Shown: positions 53,708 through 63,298 of the stretch, piece after piece
Position numbering within the stretch: the stretch's first letter is position 1
How the letters are laid out: every line of letters starts with the position of its first letter
Origin: a virus
Virus record (IMG/VR): IMGVR_UViG_3300045988_133913
Location: 1 to 64,000 of that record
Direction: 5' to 3' (one strand)
DNA: 64,000 nucleotides
Position numbers and translations under genes: made by a program
Notes under the pieces: model-generated
The model's database searches: none
Told to the model about the DNA's origin: nothing
What the model saw: only the letters and a program-made list of their open reading frames with translations

Positions 53708-54152
53708 TTAACGCTAATCAATCTTTGCATCTTGATAACCACGCCGCCACCTATCATCCCAAACCGAGATGATAACGTACCGTGAATTTCGTGGGGCGAG
53801 GGCGTCGAAGGGGCGGAGTTGACGGGGGGACCCCGGGACTTGGACACGTGGAGTCGAGGGGGGCTGGGTGAATATATACCCACCCCCGCAGACCACCTGC
53901 CCCTCCCAGAAATCTAAGGGAAACAATAATCATTCCCACCAAGCCGCCAATGCCCCCGGGAAGCCTACGTCCATTACGCTTCTTGTGGCTTTCTAATATG
54001 CTCGGGTGCAGTCTACGTAGCCCATGTCGCCACCAAGCGTCCTGTCCGCTCTCTACAGCCCGGTGCAGCCCACACCCTACCACCCACCCCTCCCCCTGCA
54101 ATCCGCCCAAGAAAAAGCCCCCCATCGCTGGAGGGCTGCCAAAAAATTTTCC

Positions 54153-54628
54153 TCACGAGCCGGGTGCAGTCTCCGCCGCTTCCTCCCCGGCTTCCTCACC
54201 AGCGTTACCCTTACGACCCTTCATCGCCTTCAGGAGGTCAATAGACTTCGCCATCACTCCCACCTGCTGTTCCAACCGTCCCTGCCCTTCTTTCAGCGCA
54301 GCAACGTCTGCAATCAATGCGTCGAGGTCGATGTTCTCTCCATCCACCATAGCTTCCGCGTAGCTGTCAGCGAAAGCCTGTGCAGTCAGAACCACACCCA
54401 TCCCCGTGCCGTCAAAGACCACGTAGTGTCCAAGCGGCAACGTCACTTCCTTCCAGTCGTATTTGACAACGACGACAGGACCTCCAGCACGCTCGGAACG
54501 CTCGCACGTGCCGCCTGCCGCTTCAACATCCGCTGAAAGCTCCGCAAAGTTATCGCCACCAGACTCATCGCCCAGCGCCACAAACTTGAAGGCTACAATC
54601 GGTTTTTCTTTCTTGTATGCGTACATAA
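54153..54628 (-). CDS. hypothetical protein, lone minus-strand gene inside the control region
   Basis: ATG (MYAYKKEK) with GGAG 7 nt upstream. 158 aa, Gly/Ala/Glu-rich. Confidence 0.45.
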
Positions 54629-54846
54629 TACACTCCACTTACGCCCGCCAGCCCGTGCAGCCCCATGCCGCCAGTCGCAAGCGTAGCGTGTAAGGCATTC
54701 TAAGGGTTATACATTTTTACCTCAACCCTTCCATCAGCCCAAACCGTCCTTTACAATCCCCCACGCCAGCCGCAGCCTGCGATAGCACAAGCCATTGCGG
54801 AACCCCCATACCCTGCGGCTGGCGTCCCCACACTATCTCCGTTACA

Positions 54847-54885
54847 ATCTCCCATAAACCGTTAAGTGTATGGGAGATTTTTTCT
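54847..54885 (+). terminator. strong intrinsic terminator directly upstream of the terminase genes
   Basis: 10-bp perfect stem ATCTCCCATA-N12-TATGGGAGAT. It is followed by TTTTT. Confidence 0.6.
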
Positions 54886-55614
54886 GTGTCCTCACAAACC
54901 ACCCCCACCAGTTCGCTAAACCTCAACGAGCAGGCAGCAAGCGCGTTGCGGTCTGCCACCACCCCTGCCTCAACTCCTCCCGCCGCCAAAACCACCCTCG
55001 CACCAGTCGTTCCAGACGACGCCCCGCCTCCGGTGGAGTTCACCCTGTGGGAAGTGCTGGCATCCGACCTCGCTATCGGTATGACACCTACCCCCGCCAT
55101 ACTGAAAGCCTACGATATTAGCAAGGAACAACTTGACCTCCTGCAAGCCAACCCCTTCTTCCAGAAGCTGCTGCAAGCCAAGCAGGACGAAATCGCCGAG
55201 AGTTCCCGCAACCCGTCGGAAGCCGCCTTCGTGCAGAAAATGCGCTTTATCGCGGACAAGGCAACCCCCCGCCTGCTCGCGCGCCTGACCGACAACGAGA
55301 CGACCAACAAGGACTTCGCCACACTCCTCCAGATGGTTGTGCGGCTTGCCCGGCGTGAACCCCCGCCGCCTCGGGACGACGCCCCGCTAGCCCCCGCGCT
55401 CACAGGCCCTACCGTTACGTTTAACATCGTCGGTGTGCCGGGGTTAGACCATCTGGCGGCAGCTCAGGTAGTGCAGGCCCCACCCATCCCGCATACCCCC
55501 TCCCCTCCGCTCTCTCACCCGACGTCCACGCCGCCAACCCCCGACACGACCCTGCCCTCACCCGTCGGCCCTGAACCTTCCGCTGACGACCTGTTGCAGA
55601 TGGGGGTGCTGTGA
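54886..55614 (+). CDS. putative small terminase subunit (start uncertain)
   Basis: ORF translationally coupled to TerL (TGATG overlap). The start is a GTG right after the terminator with no SD. An internal Met is possible. The N-terminus is low-complexity. Confidence 0.3.
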   Translation: MSSQTTPTSSLNLNEQAASALRSATTPASTPPAAKTTLAPVVPDDAPPPVEFTLWEVLASDLAIGMTPTPAILKAYDISKEQLDLLQANPFFQKLLQAKQDEIAESSRNPSEAAFVQKMRFIADKATPRLLARLTDNETTNKDFATLLQMVVRLARREPPPPRDDAPLAPALTGPTVTFNIVGVPGLDHLAAAQVVQAPPIPHTPSPPLSHPTSTPPTPDTTLPSPVGPEPSADDLLQMGVL

Positions 55615-57095
55615 TGGCGACCACCTACCGCGCATACCCTACGATGGAGCGATTCCACGCGGACTACGGCAAATATTTCAACCGCTTCGTCGCGGGACCC
55701 CCGGGAAGCGGCAAGTCGGTCGGAAGCGCTTTGGAGCTAATCGGTATCGGGCTGCGGCAAGAGCCCACGGCAGAAGGAATACGCCCGACGAAATTCGCCA
55801 TCATCCGCTCTACCTACGGCGAGCTGGAGCGTACCACGCTGGAAACGCTTCGCCAGTGGCTGCCGCCCCAGTACACCAAAATCAACAGGAGCAAGCCGAT
55901 AACGGTTCACTGCCGCCTGCCGCTGCCAGACCATACCATCGCCGATATGCGATTCGAGTTGATAGCCATCGAGTCCTACTTCGACCTCGGCAAGCTCGAC
56001 TCGTATGAGGCGACCGCTATCTGGTTAAACGAGATGACCGGGCTGCCGAAAGAGCTGGTGGGTAAGGCGGGCGAACGGGTCGGGCGTTATCCGCCTGCGA
56101 ATATGTGGGACGATGGCAAGAACCATTGCACGCTCTACTGTGTCATCGGCGACTACAACTACCCGCCCAAGGACCACTGGCTGGTCGAGTACCTCCACTC
56201 CGGCACGCTGCCACCTAACACCATGCTCTACGAGCAGCCGCCTGCGCTTATCGAGACGGTCAATCCCGACACAGGCGAGACAACCTACGCGGTAAACCCC
56301 CACGCCGAGAACCTGACTAACCTCGACGGTGGGCAGAAATATCTGAACGACCTTGCGACCTACGAGCGCATGGGGCTGACCGATATGATTCAGACCCGCC
56401 TCTTGTGCCGCTATGGTCGTGCAGGCGGCGACGGCAAGAAGGTCTTTACCAACTTCGACAAGGACTTCCACGTGGCGGACAACCCGCTTGAACCCGCCAA
56501 GCTCACCGACTGCCTCATCAGCATCGACACGTCAGGTATCCACCCCTGCGCGCTCATCTGGCAGCACGTGCGGTCAAAGTGGCAGATAGCCGATGGGATT
56601 TACGGCGAGGAGATGGGACTGGAGGAGTTCATCGACGACGTGCTGACACCGCTTCTTACTCTGCGCTACGCCGGATGCAACACGCTCTGTGTCTGCGACC
56701 CGGCAAACGCCCGCGACGCGCGCACCGCCATCACGCCTATCGACCTGCTGCGGGAAAAAGGCTACGACGCTATACCTGCGCCCACTAACCGCTTCAAGGA
56801 GCGCCTGCAAGCCAGCGAGATAATGCTGAACCGTCGCGAGAAGGGAAGCCTCGTGATTAGCCCCTCGCTTGGCGAACTGGTGGATGCGATGGACGGCGGG
56901 TATCAGTACCGCAAGCTCAAAGTCGGGGGGCTGAACACGGTCTTCTCCGCGCAGCCCGAGAAGAACAAATACAGCCACTGGGCAGATGCCTTCCAGTACG
57001 GCGCGCTGCATATCACCTCAAGTGTGCTGTCAGATGATGCGCTGGACAAAGCCAGACGGCTCGCGGCGGCGAGCTTCGCCCGCGCGCGGGCATGA
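55614..57095 (+). CDS. terL: terminase large subunit
   Basis: Walker A GPPGSGKS near the N-terminus. The size (about 493 aa) and its position before the portal fit TerL. Confidence 0.75.
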   Translation: MATTYRAYPTMERFHADYGKYFNRFVAGPPGSGKSVGSALELIGIGLRQEPTAEGIRPTKFAIIRSTYGELERTTLETLRQWLPPQYTKINRSKPITVHCRLPLPDHTIADMRFELIAIESYFDLGKLDSYEATAIWLNEMTGLPKELVGKAGERVGRYPPANMWDDGKNHCTLYCVIGDYNYPPKDHWLVEYLHSGTLPPNTMLYEQPPALIETVNPDTGETTYAVNPHAENLTNLDGGQKYLNDLATYERMGLTDMIQTRLLCRYGRAGGDGKKVFTNFDKDFHVADNPLEPAKLTDCLISIDTSGIHPCALIWQHVRSKWQIADGIYGEEMGLEEFIDDVLTPLLTLRYAGCNTLCVCDPANARDARTAITPIDLLREKGYDAIPAPTNRFKERLQASEIMLNRREKGSLVISPSLGELVDAMDGGYQYRKLKVGGLNTVFSAQPEKNKYSHWADAFQYGALHITSSVLSDDALDKARRLAAASFARARA

Positions 57096-57182
57096 CGCGC
57101 CTTCGCCTACCGCTTTCCCTGCACCTACACTACCCTGCTATAATCCCTCAACTTTTTCACGAACCAGCAAGGACCACCACTC

Positions 57183-59291
57183 ATGGCAGTCATCCAGCAC
57201 ATCGACGATAACCAAGACCTCAAGGCGTCTCGCATTGAGAAGACCATCACCCCGCATGAGGAGCTAGGGCTTGAGGTCATGCGCCAGTTCCGCCATGCCC
57301 GCACAGTCCGCGCCAGCAAACAGGTCGGCGAGTACACGCTCGACAAGCTGCTGCATGAGTGCTACAAGGCGCGGGACGACCAGTTGCTTTGCGACGAGGC
57401 GGAGCTGCGCGAGAAGTTCCCGCCGTGGGCAGCGATGCCTGTTAGCATCGTGGCGTTTAAGGTCAATATTCTGGTGAGCCTTATCCGTGAGACGCTGGTC
57501 GATATTAGCCGTGCGCCGTTTATCGTTGATCCTACCCCAGAGCCTGAGATTCCACAGGATGAAATCCGCGCCCGGATGCAGGCAATTTACGACGAGATTA
57601 CGTCCATCAGCGCGCAGGTGGTGCAGGAGCAGCAGGCGTTCGTAGCCGGCGCAGTTGAGGGCGGCGCTGCGCCCTCCGACGCGGTAGCTTCATCCGAACT
57701 ACCAGGGTTGCCTCCAGAAGCCGTCATGGAGCTTCTCAAGCAGGCTAAGGTGGAGATGCGCCAGCAGGTAATCGACCACGCCAAGCAGCAGGCGCGGTTA
57801 CTGGAACAGGAGCTGTACGACAAGACGACCGAGGGCGGCTATCGCCGTGCGGTGATGGAGTTCGCGGATGACTTCGCGACTTACCCTTATGCCTGTATGC
57901 ACGGACCGTTTCCGACGGTGCGCACCGAGAGTGTGTGGAAGGATAACAAGTTCACCGAGGAGACCCGGGTGTCGTGGGTATTCGAGCGGGTGTCGCCGTT
58001 TGATTTTTACTGGACGGAAGACAGTACCAATACCCAAGACGGGACGGCGGTGTTTATCCGTAAGATGGTCGGTTATGACTACCTCTACGACTGCCGGGAA
58101 CTCGCCAAGTCCGACGATAAGAGCGGCTACCGCTTCGACGTCATCGACGAGCTTATCGAGGATGCGCAGGAAGGTCATGTGCCGCGGGAGTGGCTGCTGT
58201 GGTTCGACCAGAGCCCAGAGACCCGCCAGACGTCGCTGGAGTGGTCGCGCGGGCAGAGTGCGGAAATCCTTATCCGCTATGGGCGGTTCAGCGGGTATGA
58301 GCTGAAAGAAATGGGTTTTTTGGATTTGGAGGAAAAGAAGCTCTACGAGACGAAAATCATCATGTGCGGCGGGCAGGTTATCTACTGCCAGATTAACAAC
58401 AACCCTAGTCAGTACAAGCGCCCGGTGTTTACCGCCAGCTTCGAGAGCCGCAACAATTCCATCGTCGGCTGCGGGCTGGCACAGAAACTCCTCTCGCTGG
58501 ACAAGGCATACCGCGCCACGATGAACCTCGCGCTGTACAACCTGTCGCTGGCGAGCGAACCTGTGACCGAGGTGGAGGTTAATCGCATCTTGCAGTACGT
58601 GCCGGATGACTGGATTGAAGACCCGAAAATCGCGCCCGGTATGGTGGTGGTTGCCGACGGCGACCGCATGGGCAACGGCTCACGGGCTATCAAGTTCACC
58701 CAGATTCCGACAACCACCGAGGCGGCGCTGCGTCTTGCCAACTACATCTTCGAGCAGGCGCACGTTATCAGTAACATCCCCGCCGCCTTGCATGGGCAGC
58801 CTGTGGGTAGCGGGGCTAACCGCACGGTGCGTGGGCTGCTGACGCTTCAGGGCAATACGCTGAAACCCATTCAGTCAGCGCTCATGAATCTGGACTTGGG
58901 CGTTATCGAGCCGATGGTGACGCTGCTGTATATGCTGCTGGTTATGTACGACGAGGACTTCGAGTACACAGGAGACGCGAAGATTGTTGCTAAGGGCGCG
59001 GCGAGTATGGTCGAGCGCGAGATGGACAAGCAGACGGCGATGGAGAATATGCAGATTCTGGGGCAGCTTGGCGAGCTGATACCAGAACATATCCGCCTGC
59101 CCGTCATCGAGAACCTGCTGCGCACTGCCGACATCCTGAAGCCGGGTCAGACGCTTTCGCCGCCTGTGATGCAGCAGATAGCCTCGCAGTTAGGGCAGAT
59201 GCAACAAGGCGCACCAGACGGCATACCGGGACAAGCCCCGCAGCCGCAAGGTGCGCCTGTACCACAGGAGCAAACGCTCCCGCAGACGTGA
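57183..59291 (+). CDS. portal (head-to-tail connector) protein
   Basis: 702-aa ORF immediately downstream of TerL. AGGA RBS. Q/P-rich C-terminal tail. Confidence 0.55.
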   Translation: MAVIQHIDDNQDLKASRIEKTITPHEELGLEVMRQFRHARTVRASKQVGEYTLDKLLHECYKARDDQLLCDEAELREKFPPWAAMPVSIVAFKVNILVSLIRETLVDISRAPFIVDPTPEPEIPQDEIRARMQAIYDEITSISAQVVQEQQAFVAGAVEGGAAPSDAVASSELPGLPPEAVMELLKQAKVEMRQQVIDHAKQQARLLEQELYDKTTEGGYRRAVMEFADDFATYPYACMHGPFPTVRTESVWKDNKFTEETRVSWVFERVSPFDFYWTEDSTNTQDGTAVFIRKMVGYDYLYDCRELAKSDDKSGYRFDVIDELIEDAQEGHVPREWLLWFDQSPETRQTSLEWSRGQSAEILIRYGRFSGYELKEMGFLDLEEKKLYETKIIMCGGQVIYCQINNNPSQYKRPVFTASFESRNNSIVGCGLAQKLLSLDKAYRATMNLALYNLSLASEPVTEVEVNRILQYVPDDWIEDPKIAPGMVVVADGDRMGNGSRAIKFTQIPTTTEAALRLANYIFEQAHVISNIPAALHGQPVGSGANRTVRGLLTLQGNTLKPIQSALMNLDLGVIEPMVTLLYMLLVMYDEDFEYTGDAKIVAKGAASMVEREMDKQTAMENMQILGQLGELIPEHIRLPVIENLLRTADILKPGQTLSPPVMQQIASQLGQMQQGAPDGIPGQAPQPQGAPVPQEQTLPQT

Positions 59292-59564
59292 TTAGAGTTT
59301 GAGGTGGGCGGCGACGGCCGCCAGGACGCTCTGGAGTGTCTCCCACCCGCGATTGTCTCGGGGTGGCGGTATGACTACCGGGTTGTGCCAGTAAAGGCGT
59401 CTGACGCCGCCCAGTGAGCCATCAGACTCATATTTGACCGCCCGGTTGTCACCAAAGCGAACTTGGATTGAACCGAACATGGTGCTGGTTACAATGCCGT
59501 AGCCCCAGATGATGTCGTACACTTTGTCATCGACGGTGACGGTTTGGTTGTCTAGGAGTGCCAT
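59292..59564 (-). CDS. hypothetical protein (single minus-strand gene in the late region)
   Basis: ATG with AGAGGG RBS. 90 aa. Confidence 0.4.
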   Translation of the reverse strand: MALLDNQTVTVDDKVYDIIWGYGIVTSTMFGSIQVRFGDNRAVKYESDGSLGGVRRLYWHNPVVIPPPRDNRGWETLQSVLAAVAAHLKL

Positions 59565-59578
59565 GTTAATATACCCTC

Positions 59579-59797
59579 TTGAAGTTATTGGAGAAGGTCA
59601 TGAGATTACCACCCCCGCTCAGAAAAATCCACGACAGGTTTGTTGCGTGGGCTGCCAGCCAGCGATGGCTGAATGACTACCTCATCGCGTGGGTCACGGA
59701 GGACGACGGTCAGGAGGTCGCGTGTATCTATTGCACAATCGTCCGCGTTGCACTAATATTTGGTTTTATTGGATTTATCGTAGGACTGCTGGTGTGA
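59579..59797 (+). CDS. small protein with C-terminal TM helix
   Basis: GGAG 7 nt upstream. C-terminal LIFGFIGFIVGLLV. Confidence 0.4.
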   Translation: MKLLEKVMRLPPPLRKIHDRFVAWAASQRWLNDYLIAWVTEDDGQEVACIYCTIVRVALIFGFIGFIVGLLV

Positions 59798-59798
59798 T

Positions 59799-60299
59799 AT
59801 GCCACCGAATCTGAAAACAGGAAAGAGCCAAGTTTCCTCCGCGTCCAGCGAGGGGCTAGGGCTTCCGGGTGATTTCCGGGGGCGTGTCCATGAGTACAAC
59901 GATACGAATCCGGTTGAGAATGTCGTTTACCCTTACGCGAAACAGAAGCAAGCGCTGCTGGTTGTCCAGCCGGGGCAGCAGATGGTGCTTACCTGCTATG
60001 CCGAGTACGACACGACTAAGGTCGAGATTTACAAGGTGATGCCCAGTCAGGGCGTACCTGTGCAGGGTTCAGGCGGATGTTGCCCGGTGGTTACTATCGG
60101 GCGGAGCATCATCCTGCGCCGCGCCAAGCTGGAATGTTGGCGGTTGGATAAGTGCAATCCGGTGTTTGTGATTAAGACGCCGGGGTACTACGAGGTCGAG
60201 GTGAGTGGGGACACGTCGGAAACAACGGTGACTGCGGTGGTAACACCACTTCAGGAAGTAAATGTGTTTGCCCAAACAGCGCCTTGCGCGTGCGGGTGA
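59799..60299 (+). CDS. hypothetical virion protein, paralog of 60310-60840
   Basis: Blocks ..LTCYAEYDTTKVEIYKV.. and ..KTPGYYEVEVSGDTSE.. align with ..LSLYGAPEVLKGKI..YKV.. and ..NIPGFYMFEVSDPELF.. in the next gene. Confidence 0.45.
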   Translation: MPPNLKTGKSQVSSASSEGLGLPGDFRGRVHEYNDTNPVENVVYPYAKQKQALLVVQPGQQMVLTCYAEYDTTKVEIYKVMPSQGVPVQGSGGCCPVVTIGRSIILRRAKLECWRLDKCNPVFVIKTPGYYEVEVSGDTSETTVTAVVTPLQEVNVFAQTAPCACG

Positions 60300-60309
60300 G
60301 GAGGGAAAG

Positions 60310-60840
60310 GTGAAGGCAAGGGCTGAATCTGAATACACGCCCCGCGTACTGTTCGACCGGAAGACGCGCGCTATTGACGATTCCGGCAAGAAGGCGTATT
60401 CGGATATTTTTTATATCGCGCCCGGTGAGTCGGCGTTATTGTCGCTGTATGGCGCGCCGGAAGTGCTGAAGGGCAAGATTACGAACGAGGATGATGGCAT
60501 CCTGCAAATAGAATCCGATAGCTGTTTCGTGCTGTACAAAGTGTCGTTTGGTCCGGTGGCATCGCTTCACGTCGAGCGTCAATGCGGCGAGCGGGTGAAC
60601 ATTCAGGATGAGTACGACAAGCTGGTGGCAAACCGCCAAGTGTTCTTCGAGCCTGTGCGCCGCTGCGGCGACTTGTGGACGATGAGCGGCTGCGATAACT
60701 ACGCGATGCTGAACATTCCGGGGTTCTATATGTTTGAAGTATCTGACCCGGAATTGTTTAATATTACACGTTTGGAAATGGTTAAACAAAATGTGTTTGA
60801 AACAAACGCTGTACCGGATAATTTTAAGTTTGGGAGTTGA
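60310..60840 (+). CDS. hypothetical virion protein, paralog of 59799-60299
   Basis: GTG start at 60310 with GAGGG upstream. The alternative start is ATG 60262, which overlaps the previous gene. Confidence 0.4.
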   Translation: MKARAESEYTPRVLFDRKTRAIDDSGKKAYSDIFYIAPGESALLSLYGAPEVLKGKITNEDDGILQIESDSCFVLYKVSFGPVASLHVERQCGERVNIQDEYDKLVANRQVFFEPVRRCGDLWTMSGCDNYAMLNIPGFYMFEVSDPELFNITRLEMVKQNVFETNAVPDNFKFGS

Positions 60841-60843
60841 GAA

Positions 60844-62910
60844 ATGTCTTGCAAGATGACCCTTGATGTCAAGGATTTACAGAAACACCTTAAAGACGAT
60901 TTTGTCAGTAAAGGCGAAATTGTTAATGGCAATACCCTGAAATTAACTCGTGAACAGGGCGGTACAGTTGAAGTCGTTTTACCGGAAGGACAAAAGATTA
61001 CGTCTTTCGATTTGGCAAATCGTGGCGGTAAGAATGTTTTAGAATTAAAAACATCTGACGGTAAAACGTTTACTGCGCATCTCCCAGAGGCACGGCAGAC
61101 AGAAGACAAACACGTTACAGCCTTTGAAATAAATACCGTAGGCAATGACACGAGCCTGACACTTCGTCGTAGTGATGGTGAGAAGTTTGTGGTGCATCTG
61201 CCGCCGCAACAGCAAGGCGGTGGAGGCGGTACAGACCTTCATATCACAGGGTTTGAGTATGAGCCGAGAATAAAACCCGGCAAAACTGTGATTAGCCATA
61301 CGTTGGTTATTACTCGCAGCGACAATAAGACCTTTGAGGTTGAGATACCGATTCCCAACGTTGGTGGCAATCCTGGCAACCCCGGGGGCACAGATATTTA
61401 TCTGACCGATTTGGTTACTGGTGTTCCGCCAGTCGAAAAGTTAGAAGATGTAGGTGATGGATATTATTTTACCAAGAATATTCCCCTGCAAGGTGTACTC
61501 AATAACGGTAATCTCGTAGAAACTAAACAACCGCATAACCGTTTGTATTTCTCCGCCCAGAAGTCAGATGACCCTAGAGAAGCCGTTGAGCGTCGTCCGG
61601 TTATGGATATTACGTTAGGCGCAAACGGTACGGAGTTGCGTGTTGTCCGTGATGATACCTCCATTACGACACTTAGCCTTCCCGCTGGCGGTGGCGGCGG
61701 TGGCGGTGGCGGTGGCGGCGCAGACAAGTTTGTGTCGGGTCTGAACAGTACGATTGAGTACGGCGACACCCGAACCGTAGGCGGAGTTTCGTACAGTAAG
61801 GCGACCATTACTGCGCGCTTCAACGACGGGACTTCTGTATCGACTAAGCTGCCGTTTGAGGTAGCTTTTGACGAGCGCACTGGAGAGCAGCTTTTCCCCG
61901 GCGCTGGCGGCGGTGCAGCAGGCACTACCGTAGTTAAAGATGTCGCGCCTAGCACTTCCAAAAACCGCACGATTGTTATTACGGATTCTAAGGGTGTTAC
62001 CAAAGAACTTACCTTGCCGGATAACTGGTTTAACGGTAAAGACGGCAAAGACGGTAAAGACGCGGATTCCGTTAAAGGGCAATTTATCACGCAGGATATG
62101 TTCAGGAAATTCCACGAAGCGAATATTATTGCCGAGCAATTAGCCGCGCCGATTCAGATTGGAGCTTATATTGGTAATGAATTGCCGTTGCCGGGTAATA
62201 TTCAGGCTGGTGAGGCTAAGTTTGTGGTTGCCCCATATCTTCCGAAGTTGGCGTCAGAGTTTGTTATAAACAAGCCACAGGGGGCGCAAGTCCATGAGGG
62301 TACTGTTTATAATTCCCCGTTATCAGTACGTCCAGTTAAGGGTTTGGCTACTTCGTGGGTAAATCTGATTCCGGGCTTCGACAAAATTGCACCTGCTGAC
62401 GCATGGTCATATCTGGAGGCTAAATACTATGGCGAAGAAGGAAGAACCCCAGGGTTCCTGAGCGGCGCGGCGAGTAACACTTGGCATCCGGGTCATGCGT
62501 ACCGTACTATTCCGCTCGCTAAACCGTTACTTAGCGCAGATAATATGTTCTTGCCAGTGCCGATGCGATTCCATGCGTTTAACTACCATATTCACGGTGC
62601 TACTTTCGCTATGGACGTATTTGAGCTGGTGGATATTGCGGACAACGGTGGGCTGATACAGACCGATAAGATGTTCTACCGTGGTACTATGTACACCCAA
62701 ACCTTCCCGCACGGGGATGGTTACTTCCCTGCGTTTATATCTGTTGAAGGTATGGCTCACGCGGAATACTTGAAGTTGGCATCCCGTTTGTCTAACTTTG
62801 TTATTTTCCGTATCCGCGAAATACGCGAGCAGGAAGAAAAGAACTTCGCAGCGGATAAGTTATTCGATGCGTATGAAACTTACGGTGTCGGGCGACCGAA
62901 CCACGGATAA
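60844..62910 (+). CDS. tail fibre / receptor-binding protein built of about 6 tandem 40-aa modules with poly-Gly hinges
   Basis: Repeated modules ..L.L.RSDG..F.V.LP.. (NTLKLTREQGGTVEVVLPE, KNVLELKTSDGKTFTAHLPE, TSLTLRRSDGEKFVVHLPP...). G5 and G11 tracts. GGGAG RBS. Confidence 0.55.
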   Translation: MSCKMTLDVKDLQKHLKDDFVSKGEIVNGNTLKLTREQGGTVEVVLPEGQKITSFDLANRGGKNVLELKTSDGKTFTAHLPEARQTEDKHVTAFEINTVGNDTSLTLRRSDGEKFVVHLPPQQQGGGGGTDLHITGFEYEPRIKPGKTVISHTLVITRSDNKTFEVEIPIPNVGGNPGNPGGTDIYLTDLVTGVPPVEKLEDVGDGYYFTKNIPLQGVLNNGNLVETKQPHNRLYFSAQKSDDPREAVERRPVMDITLGANGTELRVVRDDTSITTLSLPAGGGGGGGGGGGADKFVSGLNSTIEYGDTRTVGGVSYSKATITARFNDGTSVSTKLPFEVAFDERTGEQLFPGAGGGAAGTTVVKDVAPSTSKNRTIVITDSKGVTKELTLPDNWFNGKDGKDGKDADSVKGQFITQDMFRKFHEANIIAEQLAAPIQIGAYIGNELPLPGNIQAGEAKFVVAPYLPKLASEFVINKPQGAQVHEGTVYNSPLSVRPVKGLATSWVNLIPGFDKIAPADAWSYLEAKYYGEEGRTPGFLSGAASNTWHPGHAYRTIPLAKPLLSADNMFLPVPMRFHAFNYHIHGATFAMDVFELVDIADNGGLIQTDKMFYRGTMYTQTFPHGDGYFPAFISVEGMAHAEYLKLASRLSNFVIFRIREIREQEEKNFAADKLFDAYETYGVGRPNHG

Positions 62911-62921
62911 GGAGAAACTAA

Positions 62922-63062
62922 ATGTCTTGCTCATCATGCAAACAAGGTAATACGGGTGGTCGGATTATTCCGGTCATCCCGCGTCAGCAGCCGCAAGAGC
63001 CGAAGCAAAGCCACGCACTTCCCAAAGACGTGCGTAACAAACTACGGTATAACGGCAAATGA
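62922..63062 (+). CDS. small Cys-containing basic protein (46 aa)
   Basis: Strong AAGGAG RBS 7 nt upstream. Its stop overlaps the next start (ATGA). Confidence 0.4.
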   Translation: MSCSSCKQGNTGGRIIPVIPRQQPQEPKQSHALPKDVRNKLRYNGK

Positions 63063-63298
63063 AAAAGGACGTCTTCATTGCGCTGCCGGATGATTCCTGC
63101 AAAGAATTTATTGCTTTCCTCGAAGGCAAAATTGAGCAATGTCGCCGCGACAGCCAGCAGGCTGCGGCGGCGTTCACCCTGAAAATGGACGAGAGTCAGC
63201 GCGGGGTGGCGCTCTTGGCTGCGGGTAGTCAGGCAGCGTATGAGGACGTGTTACAAGCATTCAAACAAGGTATGGGATTGAAATATGGCAAAAATTGA
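63059..63298 (+). CDS. hypothetical protein
   Basis: 79-aa ORF. Confidence 0.4.
   Translation: MKKDVFIALPDDSCKEFIAFLEGKIEQCRRDSQQAAAAFTLKMDESQRGVALLAAGSQAAYEDVLQAFKQGMGLKYGKN

Larger units (their letters stand above)
51712..54152. promoter_or_regulatory. 2.4-kb mostly non-coding control region between divergent early and late transcription; candidate origin or genome-end region
   Basis: No credible ORF. Contains an AT-rich island (52.8-53.7 kb) with T20 and (TA)n tracts. Also contains an AACATT array, palindromes, GC hairpins and G-rich direct repeats. Confidence 0.6.

Noticed and set aside
53698-54536. ORFs 53754-54125 (-), 53950-54363 (+) and 54024-54536 (+)
   Set aside because: Pro/Gly/Arg-rich shadow translations of GC-rich non-coding DNA or of the antisense of the 54153-54628 gene.
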